This document shows, piece by piece, positions 33,477-39,680 of a DNA stretch of 39,680 bases (its first letter is position 1; the number at the start of each line of letters is the position of its first letter). Under the pieces are notes generated by a model. The model was not told the origin of the DNA, made no database searches, and saw nothing but the letters and a program-made list of their open reading frames with translations. Made by a program: the position numbers and the translations under genes. Source of the stretch: Sporichthyaceae bacterium (GTDB lineage: Bacteria; Actinomycetota; Actinomycetes; Sporichthyales; Sporichthyaceae); assembly GCA_035644015.1 (NCBI GenBank), contig DASQPJ010000281.1:1-39680 (forward strand), read 5' to 3'.

Positions 33477-35036
33477 ATGACCTGCGACCATTCACGTGCC
33501 CCGGTGCTGGAGGCGCTGCTGGAGTTCCGCCGGCGGGGCGACGTCGTGTACGGGCCGCCGGGGCACAAGCAGGGCCGCGGGGTCGACCCGGAGGCGCTCG
33601 CGATCCTGGGCGAGTCCATGTTCGCCGCGGACGTGTTGATGCTCAACGGACTCGACGATCGGCTGGAGTCGCGCGGGGTCCTGCAAGCCGCGGAGGACCT
33701 GCTCGCCGACGCGGTGCACGCCGACCGGACCTTCTTCGCCACCTGTGGCAGCTCGATGTCGGTCAAGACCGCGATGATCTCCGTGGCCGGACCCGGGGAG
33801 AAGTTGCTGCTGGCCCGTAACGCTCACAAGTCGGTGATGGCCGGGCTGATCATCAGCGGCATCGAGCCGGTCTGGATCCCGGCCCGTCATGACGAGCACT
33901 ACCAGCTGACCCACCCGCCGGGGCCCGCCGAGATCGGTCCCCTGCTCGACGCCCATCCCGACGCGAAGGGCGTGCTGGTGGTGTCGCCGACGGACTGGGG
34001 CAGCTGTGCCGACCTGCCCGCGATAGCCCGCCTCTGCCATGAGCACGGCGTGCCGTTCATCGTGGATGAGGCGTGGGGCGCACACCTGCCGTTCCACGAC
34101 CGGTTGCCCTGTTGGGGCATGGACGCCGGCGCGGATGTCGTGGTGACCAGCGTGCACAAGATGGGGGCCGCAATCGAGCAGAGCTCGACCTACCACCTGC
34201 AGGGAGACCTGGTCGACGCGGAACTGCTGGCCCGGCGGGCCGACATCTTCGGCACCACGAGTTCCTCTGCGCTGGTCTACGCCAGCATCGACGCGTGGCG
34301 GCGCCACATGGTGCGCGACGGCAAACGGCTGTGGGGCGAGGCACTGGCCCGCGCCGATCGAGTGCGCGCGGCGCTCGTGCGGCTGTCCGGTCTGGAGTTG
34401 ATGGATGACCGCGCCATCGGCCCCGCCGCCGCCGCGGATCTCGACCCCATGCGGATCACCATCGACCTGGGCGCCCTCGGGATCACCGGCTACACAGCGG
34501 CGGACTGGCTGCGCGAACAGCGACACCTGGACGTGGGCAGCTCCGACTCCCGCCATCTCGGGATCCAACTCGGCGCCGCCGATGATGACGAGTCGGAACA
34601 GTCGCTGATCACCGGGCTGGGCCAGCTTCAGCGAGCGGCCGGGACGCTGTCACCGGCGCCCGACCTGCCCCTGCCCGGCCCCGAGCTCTTCACCCTCGAG
34701 CAGGCCATGACCCCGCAGCAGGCCTTCTTCGCCCCCGCAGAACACATTCGCACGGACGAGGCGCTGGGCAGGATCTGCGCCGAGATGCTCAGTCCGTACC
34801 CGCCGGGCGTCCCGGTCCTGGCGCCCGGCGAGGTGATCAGCGCTCCCACCCTGGACTACCTGGTGGCCGGCGCCGCAGCCGGCATGCACATCCCCGACGC
34901 CGCCGACCCAACAATGCGGACCATCCGCGTCGTCGTCGATAATGCCTGCCATGACTACGGAGCCGACTCCGCTCGGCGCCGGGCGGCCCGAACGGCGCCG
35001 CCAGGCCACGACAGCTCTGCGGGTGATCCTGGCTGA
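33477..35036 (+). CDS. Orn/Lys/Arg decarboxylase-family PLP enzyme
   Basis: Track ORF 33294..35036. The likely start is ATG 33477 (MTCDHSRAPVLEALLEF). Motifs: GPPGHKQG, FATCGSSMSVKTAM and the PLP-lysine motif TSVHKMG. Confidence 0.85.
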   Translation: MTCDHSRAPVLEALLEFRRRGDVVYGPPGHKQGRGVDPEALAILGESMFAADVLMLNGLDDRLESRGVLQAAEDLLADAVHADRTFFATCGSSMSVKTAMISVAGPGEKLLLARNAHKSVMAGLIISGIEPVWIPARHDEHYQLTHPPGPAEIGPLLDAHPDAKGVLVVSPTDWGSCADLPAIARLCHEHGVPFIVDEAWGAHLPFHDRLPCWGMDAGADVVVTSVHKMGAAIEQSSTYHLQGDLVDAELLARRADIFGTTSSSALVYASIDAWRRHMVRDGKRLWGEALARADRVRAALVRLSGLELMDDRAIGPAAAADLDPMRITIDLGALGITGYTAADWLREQRHLDVGSSDSRHLGIQLGAADDDESEQSLITGLGQLQRAAGTLSPAPDLPLPGPELFTLEQAMTPQQAFFAPAEHIRTDEALGRICAEMLSPYPPGVPVLAPGEVISAPTLDYLVAGAAAGMHIPDAADPTMRTIRVVVDNACHDYGADSARRRAARTAPPGHDSSAGDPG

Positions 35037-35661
35037 CGACGACGTCCTGCTCCGCGAGGGACTGGCCAGCCTGCTCGAGGGCTCGGGGTTCCACGTGGTC
35101 GGGCAGGCCGGCGACGGAGTGCAGCTCCTCACCTTGGCCCGCGCCGAAGCACCCGACCTCGTGGTGACCGACATCCGGATGCCTCCGACTCATACGGTCG
35201 AGGGTCTGGACGCAGCCAGGGTGATCCGGGAGGAACTGCCCAAGACGTCGCTGCTGGTCCTGTCGGCGCACGTCGAACTCGAGCACGCGATGGAACTGCT
35301 GGCCGGCGGCCGGGGAATCGGCTACCTGCTCAAGAGCCGCGTGATCGACGTGGACGACTTCATCGACACGCTCGAGCGGGTCGCGAACGGCGGTTCGGTC
35401 GTGGACCCCGCGCTGGTGCAGGAGTTGGTGGCCGCGCGTCGTCGTGACGATCCGCTCGGGGTGCTGAGCGCGCGCGAGGCGGAGGTCCTGGCGCTGATGG
35501 CGGAAGGCCGCTCCAACGCGGGCATCGCCCGTCAGCTGTGGATCACCGAGGGAACCGTCGAGAAGCACGTGCGCAGCGTTCTCGCCAAGCTCAGCCTGCC
35601 CGAGACCGACAACGACCACCGCCGCGTCCTCGCCGTGCTCACGTTCCTCGAGGCTCGCTGA
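34942..35661 (+). CDS. NarL/FixJ-family response regulator (REC plus LuxR-type HTH)
   Basis: REC domain: RVILADDDVLLREGL, phospho-acceptor in DLVVTDIRMPP. HTH domain: LSAREAEVLALMAEGRSNAGIARQLWITEGTVEKHV. The start is ambiguous: ATG 34942 or 34951 gives an 86-95 nt overlap with the decarboxylase gene, and GTG 35023 gives 14 nt. Confidence 0.88.
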   Translation: MPAMTTEPTPLGAGRPERRRQATTALRVILADDDVLLREGLASLLEGSGFHVVGQAGDGVQLLTLARAEAPDLVVTDIRMPPTHTVEGLDAARVIREELPKTSLLVLSAHVELEHAMELLAGGRGIGYLLKSRVIDVDDFIDTLERVANGGSVVDPALVQELVAARRRDDPLGVLSAREAEVLALMAEGRSNAGIARQLWITEGTVEKHVRSVLAKLSLPETDNDHRRVLAVLTFLEAR

Positions 35662-36496
35662 CGCAAAGCCGATCGCGAGCGGGCACCCGCTCCGGACGCG
35701 AGTACAGGTTGAACCCGCCGCCCCGCACGAAACCGGCAAGCGTGAGGCCTGCCTCCTCGGCCAGCTCGGCGGCGAGGCTGGACGGTGCCGACACCGCGGA
35801 GAGGACCGGGATGCCGGCGACCGCGGCCTTCTGCACCAGCTCGAACGACGCCCGACCGCTGACCTGCAGCACGTGGCCCCGCAGCGGGAGAAGTCCTTCG
35901 CGCAACGCCCAGCCGATCACCTTGTCCACCGCGTTGTGCCGCCCGACGTCCTCGCGTACGCACAGCAGATCGCCGTCGGTGGTGAACAAGCCGGCCGCGT
36001 GCAGGCCGCCGGTGTGGTCGAAGACCACCTGCGCCGCGCGGAGCCGGTCGGGCAGTGCGGCGAGCAGCACGCCGTCGATCTCCAGGCCGTCGGCGGCCAC
36101 GTCGTACGGCGAGGCCACCCGCACCGACTCCAGGGACGCCGCGCCACAGATGCCGCACGCGCTGCTCGCGAACGTGGTGCGCGGCGCGCGACCGCTCTCG
36201 CGGTCGTCGGCGAGGACGACCTCGATGACGTTGTAGGTCTGGCGGCCGCTGTCGTCGAGCCCGGGACAGTAGGACATCGAGACGAGGTCGCCCACCCTGC
36301 GCACCAGACCCTCGCCCACCAGCCAGCCCGCGACCAGGTCGAAGTCGGCTCCCGGCGTGCGCATGGTGACGTTCATGACCTCGCCACCGCCGCGGATCTC
36401 CAGCGGCTCTTCCACCGCGAGCGTGTCGACGAGCGTCCGGCGCGCGCCGTCCCACCGCGTTTGCACGACCTTCCGTCGGGACGTGACCCTGCCCAT
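35639..36496 (-). CDS. fdhD: formate dehydrogenase accessory sulfurtransferase FdhD
   Basis: Track ORF 35639..36682. The start is ATG 36496 (MGRVTSRRK), preceded by AGGAGA. FdhD hallmarks: SSACGICG and DVGRHNAVDKVIG. The 3' end overlaps the convergent regulator gene by 23 nt. Confidence 0.88.
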   Translation of the reverse strand: MGRVTSRRKVVQTRWDGARRTLVDTLAVEEPLEIRGGGEVMNVTMRTPGADFDLVAGWLVGEGLVRRVGDLVSMSYCPGLDDSGRQTYNVIEVVLADDRESGRAPRTTFASSACGICGAASLESVRVASPYDVAADGLEIDGVLLAALPDRLRAAQVVFDHTGGLHAAGLFTTDGDLLCVREDVGRHNAVDKVIGWALREGLLPLRGHVLQVSGRASFELVQKAAVAGIPVLSAVSAPSSLAAELAEEAGLTLAGFVRGGGFNLYSRPERVPARDRLCVSEPRGT

Positions 36497-36723
36497 CGAC
36501 TCTCCTACGTTCGGCTCGCGCTCTGCGCCGGCTGCGCCGTGATTCAGGATCAGATGTCGACAAGGCCCGTGTCTTCGCAGGTAGCGGCCGTTGCGACCTG
36601 CCGGCCAGCAGGCATCCCGGCACCCCGCCCGCTGCAACGCGGAACGACGGCTGGCCGGGGCGACAAGGGCGGGTGGCTGCACGACGCTGATATCGGGGGC
36701 GGAGCAAGGGGAGGTGGTCAGGT

Positions 36724-37503
36724 ATGGGCGCCGGCGGATTTCTGGTGCTGTCCGTGTTCCTGGCCTGTTGTGTGGAGTCGGTGGAGGCCTTGACGGTCAT
36801 CCTGGCGACCGGGGTGACGCGGGGTTGGCGCGCCAGCCTCTGGGGTGCGGCGGGCGCCGTCGCCGTCCTGGCGGTGATCGTCGCGGTCATGGGTCCGGCG
36901 GTCACCCGGGTACCGCTTGACTGGCTGCGTCTGCTGGTCGGCGGATTGCTGTTGGTGTTCGGATTGCAGTGGCTGCGTAAGGCCACGCTGCGCGCGGCGG
37001 GGTTGAAGGCGCTGCACGACGAGGCGGCGGTCTATGACCGTCAGATCGCTGCAGCCAACGCCGCGGGTGGGAAACCGACGTCCGGATTGGATCGCTACGC
37101 GTTCACGCTGTCCTTCAAGGCGGTGCTGCTCGAAGGCCTGGAGGTCGTGTTCATCGTGCTGACCTTCGGCGCGAATCAGGGCAGCATCCCCCTCGCCGCG
37201 GTGGGCGGGATCGCCGCCGTTGTCCTGGTCAGCGCGGCCGGTTTCGCGGTGCGGGCACCACTGACCCGGGTGCCGGAGAACACCCTGAAGTTCGTGGTCG
37301 GGGTCATGCTCACCGCCTTCGGGGTGTTCTGGAGCGGGGAAGCAGCCGGCGTCAACTGGCCCGGCGCGGACGGGGCATTGCTCGCGCTGATAGCTGTCAT
37401 CGGCCTGGCTGCCCTCGGTCTCGCGCGGGCCGCCCGACCGGCCCTCGCCGACCCGGCCCTCGCCGGCCCGGCCCTCCCCGACCCGGCAGAGGTGATCCGG
37501 TGA
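36724..37503 (+). CDS. integral membrane protein, function unknown (two Glu-containing TM repeats)
   Basis: Six or more TM segments. There are internally similar acidic TM motifs (CCVESVEALTVILATG and LLEGLEVVFIVLTFG). The C-terminal tail is repetitive (PALADPALAGPALPDP). Confidence 0.7.
   Translation: MGAGGFLVLSVFLACCVESVEALTVILATGVTRGWRASLWGAAGAVAVLAVIVAVMGPAVTRVPLDWLRLLVGGLLLVFGLQWLRKATLRAAGLKALHDEAAVYDRQIAAANAAGGKPTSGLDRYAFTLSFKAVLLEGLEVVFIVLTFGANQGSIPLAAVGGIAAVVLVSAAGFAVRAPLTRVPENTLKFVVGVMLTAFGVFWSGEAAGVNWPGADGALLALIAVIGLAALGLARAARPALADPALAGPALPDPAEVIR
37436..37487. repeat. 15-nt tandem repeat x3.5 (GACCCGGCCCTCGCC-like), encoding a (P-A-L-x-x) repeat at the C-terminus of the membrane protein
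   Basis: Units lie at 37436-37449, 37450-37464 and 37465-37479, with a partial unit at 37480-37487. The unit length is a multiple of three, so the repeat stays in-frame. Confidence 0.75.
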
Positions 37504-37712
37504 AGGCCCTGCGCGCGGTCCTGGCGGTCCTCTCCGATCTCGTCATCGGGGATGACTGGCGCATCACCGCCGGGATCATCGCCGTCCTCGGGCTGACCGC
37601 GGTGCTCGCCCACCATGGCCTACCCGCGTGGTGGCTCCCGCCGCTGGCCGTCGTCGCCCTGCTGGCGGGCACGGTATGGGCCGCGAGGCGTCGCGCCGGC
37701 TCAGTGCCCTGA
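37500..37712 (+). CDS. small two-TM membrane protein, translationally coupled to the preceding gene
   Basis: GTG 37500 overlaps the TGA of the upstream gene (GTGA). 70 aa with two hydrophobic helices. Confidence 0.55.
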   Translation: MKALRAVLAVLSDLVIGDDWRITAGIIAVLGLTAVLAHHGLPAWWLPPLAVVALLAGTVWAARRRAGSVP

Positions 37713-37777
37713 GGCCCCGGCACAGCAACGCCTGATCGAGCCGATCTGAGCCTACGTCAGTCACAAGGAGGTATCCC

Positions 37778-38752
37778 GTGCGCGCATTGCGATTCGACCG
37801 GTTCGGCGGTCCGGACGTGCTCGAGGTCGCAGACGTCCCCGATCCGGTGGCCGGGGACGGCTTCGCGGTGATCGCCGTCAAGGCCGCCTCGGTCAATCCC
37901 TCCGACGTGAAGAATGTCGCCGGTGCGATGGAGTGGACCATCCTGCCCAGGGTGCCCGGACGGGACTTTGCGGGGGTCGTGGTGGCCGGTCCACCGGAGT
38001 GGGTCGGCCTGGAGGTCTGGGGAACCGGCGGCGATATTGGGTTCACCCTGGACGGCTCGCATGCACAGCTGCTGCGGGTGCCGGTCAGCGCGCTGGCCCG
38101 TAAGCCGGCCGCGTTGAGTTTTGATGAGGCGTCGGCGGTGGGCGTGAACTTCGTGGTCGGTTGGGTCGGCGCGGTCGAGACCGCCGCCGTGGCCAAGGGC
38201 GAGACCATCGCAGTCTTCGGGGTCTCCGGTGGCGTGGGCGGCGCGGTGGCCCAGATCGCCCGGTCCCTCGGGGCACGGGTGATCGGGGTCGACCTGGTGG
38301 CGCCGTCAGCCTCAACCCCGGCAGCGGCGGCCATCGACGAGTTCGTGCCCTTCGATGCCGAGACACCCGCGACCGGGGCGGAGATCAGACGGTTGACCGC
38401 CGGGCGAGGGGCGCAGGTGGTCTACGACGCGGTGGGTGGGGTAACCACCCCGGCTGCGCTGGCCTGCTTGGCTCAGCGGGGCAGGCTGGTCGTGATCAGC
38501 GCGGTGGGTACCCGGACCGTCGAGATCGACCTGGTGGACCTCTACCACCGGGAGCTTCGGGTCTTCGGGGCGGACAGCGGCAAGCTGGACGCGAGCGCTT
38601 CTGCCGCCCGGCTCTCGCTCATGGCCCCCAGGTTCGAGACCGGTGAGTTCCGTCCGCTGCCGGTGGCCCGCCACTTCGAGCTGGCCCAGAGCGATCGCGC
38701 GTACCAGGCGGTCGCCGAGCACACTGCTGGCCGCGTCGTCATCCGGCCGTGA
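37778..38752 (+). CDS. NADPH:quinone oxidoreductase / zinc-type alcohol dehydrogenase-like (MDR superfamily)
   Basis: AAGGAGG lies 7 nt before GTG 37778. Motifs: MRALRFDRFGGPDVLEV, AASVNPSD and the nucleotide-binding motif AVFGVSGGVGGAVAQIA. Confidence 0.88.
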   Translation: MRALRFDRFGGPDVLEVADVPDPVAGDGFAVIAVKAASVNPSDVKNVAGAMEWTILPRVPGRDFAGVVVAGPPEWVGLEVWGTGGDIGFTLDGSHAQLLRVPVSALARKPAALSFDEASAVGVNFVVGWVGAVETAAVAKGETIAVFGVSGGVGGAVAQIARSLGARVIGVDLVAPSASTPAAAAIDEFVPFDAETPATGAEIRRLTAGRGAQVVYDAVGGVTTPAALACLAQRGRLVVISAVGTRTVEIDLVDLYHRELRVFGADSGKLDASASAARLSLMAPRFETGEFRPLPVARHFELAQSDRAYQAVAEHTAGRVVIRP

Positions 38753-39680
38753 CGTGGCTCGGGACGATGCGGACCTTGAGGTGCTTCGTGAGCGGTTGTT
38801 CGCTCTGGGTACTGAAGTCGCCGATCGGGCACAGGACATTCAGCTCCGGCATGTAGCCGGCCGCATTCCCGGCCGGGATGTCGTAGGCGACCGCCCGGTA
38901 GCCGTAGACGTGTCGTGTTGTCCCGTCCTTCGCGAAGCTGGTGATGTCCACCGACCCGAAGTCGGCCACGCCACGTTCGGCCATGTCACGGGCGTTCATG
39001 AAGACGAGGGTGCGCAGGTTCTTGACGCCCCGGTAGCGGTCGTCGTTGGAGTAGATGGTGGTGTTCCACTGGTCGTGCGAGCGCATCGTGCCGAGCATCA
39101 GATAGCCCTTCGCGAGCTCGTCGTCATGCAGCGCCGCGGTGGAGAACTCGGCCCGACCCGATTCGGTGAGGAAGACGAGTTCGCGCGCCGGCTGCCGGAT
39201 GCGGAACCCGAACCTGGTGTGCACGCGACGGTTGAAGTCCTCGAAGCCGTCCAGGACCTCGGCCATCTTGTCGCGGATGTTGTCGTAGTCCTCGACGTAG
39301 CGCTCCCACGGCGTCGAGGTGGCCGGCAGGCTGGCCCGGGCCATCCCGGCGATGATGGCGGGTTCCGACCTGAGCAGCGGCGAGGCGGGCCGCTTCATGC
39401 CCCGCGACAGGTGGACCATGCTCATCGAGTCCTCGACGCTGACCGCCTGGACTCCGGACCGCTGCTCATCCTTCTCGGAGCGGCCGAGACACGGCAGGAC
39501 CAGCGCCTCCTTGCCGTGCACGAGATGGCTTCGGTTGAGCTTGGTGCTGACCTGGACCGTCAGATCGCATTTCCGCATGGCTTCGAACGTGTACGCGGTG
39601 TCCGGAGCGGCCATGACGAAGTTGCCGCCCATCCCGATGAACACCGTGACCTCACCGCGCTGCATCGCCTCGATCGTCGC
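38739..39680 (-). CDS. FdhF/YdeP-family molybdopterin oxidoreductase, C-terminal part (gene continues beyond the right edge)
   Basis: The frame is open to the window end. The sequence (GGNFVMAAPDT, VSTKLNRSH, LPCLGRSE, VAYDIPAGNAAGYMPELNVL, PLTKHLKVRI) is typical of the YdeP-type C-terminal half and molybdopterin-dinucleotide-binding domain. Confidence 0.85.
   Translation of the reverse strand, partial: ATIEAMQRGEVTVFIGMGGNFVMAAPDTAYTFEAMRKCDLTVQVSTKLNRSHLVHGKEALVLPCLGRSEKDEQRSGVQAVSVEDSMSMVHLSRGMKRPASPLLRSEPAIIAGMARASLPATSTPWERYVEDYDNIRDKMAEVLDGFEDFNRRVHTRFGFRIRQPARELVFLTESGRAEFSTAALHDDELAKGYLMLGTMRSHDQWNTTIYSNDDRYRGVKNLRTLVFMNARDMAERGVADFGSVDITSFAKDGTTRHVYGYRAVAYDIPAGNAAGYMPELNVLCPIGDFSTQSEQPLTKHLKVRIVPSHVTAG

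Noticed and set aside
29769-36986. Long minus-strand ORFs 29769..31262, 31373..32536, 33492..34568, 34837..35739 and 35532..36986
   Set aside because: They lie antisense to, or out of frame with, the Rieske, lipoprotein, NRAMP, decarboxylase and regulator genes, or out of frame on the same strand as fdhD. All give low-complexity translations.
1-39680. Mobile elements, CRISPR arrays, tRNA/rRNA genes, prophage or defence-system genes
   Set aside because: I looked for terminal inverted repeats, transposase, integrase or Cas-like translations, regularly spaced direct repeats and tRNA-like cloverleaf regions, and found none.

Overview
High-GC (roughly 70% by eye) actinobacterial chromosomal window, Mycobacteriales-like in gene content. 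All calls come from reading the ORF-track translations and the DNA by eye; no searches were run. No rRNA, tRNA, CRISPR array or transposase was seen.

Left arm (1-6.9 kb):
- a partial lipoprotein gene
- a Family 2A encapsulin shell gene translationally coupled to a SufS-like cysteine desulfurase that carries a ~200-aa Pro/Gly/Ala-rich N-terminal extension (cargo-type architecture)
- a divergent Cys-motif permease with a His-rich tail
- an unannotated ~60-aa ORF with strong codon bias
- a GntR/HutC regulator
- a NodB-like lipoprotein

Centre (6.9-25.7 kb), the most interesting part: one minus-strand operon of nine genes, about 18.8 kb, in which almost every junction is a 1-4 nt start/stop overlap. 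It encodes:
- two atypical type I PKS proteins: tandem NMO/PfaD-like ER - KS - AT - ACP - KR, then KS - AT - DH - fused Sfp-type PPTase
- a discrete ACP
- an alpha/beta hydrolase with a Cys (GNCFG) nucleophile
- two paralogous GT1 glycosyltransferases
- a WS/DGAT-type (HHxxxDG) acyltransferase fused to an N-terminal 4-TM domain
- a DrrAB-like ABC-2 exporter

I read this as a candidate biosynthetic locus for an exported glycosylated and/or esterified long-chain polyketide lipid. Its functional logic matches PDIM/PGL or heterocyst-glycolipid loci, but its PKS architecture is PUFA/enediyne-like. It is preceded by an ~800-bp AT-rich intergenic region with palindromes and a terminator-like hairpin.

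Right arm (26.5-39.7 kb):
- a Tat-exported multicopper oxidase with a Met/His/Gly-rich insert
- an acyl-CoA dehydrogenase
- a DUF2231-Rieske protein
- a PAP2 phosphatase
- a coupled lipoprotein / NRAMP-like transporter (non-canonical metal-site motifs) / PRC-barrel operon
- an Orn/Lys/Arg-type decarboxylase
- an orphan NarL-type response regulator
- FdhD
- two membrane proteins
- a quinone oxidoreductase
- a partial FdhF/YdeP-type molybdoenzyme

Many long ORFs in the track are antisense shadow ORFs typical of high-GC DNA and were rejected.
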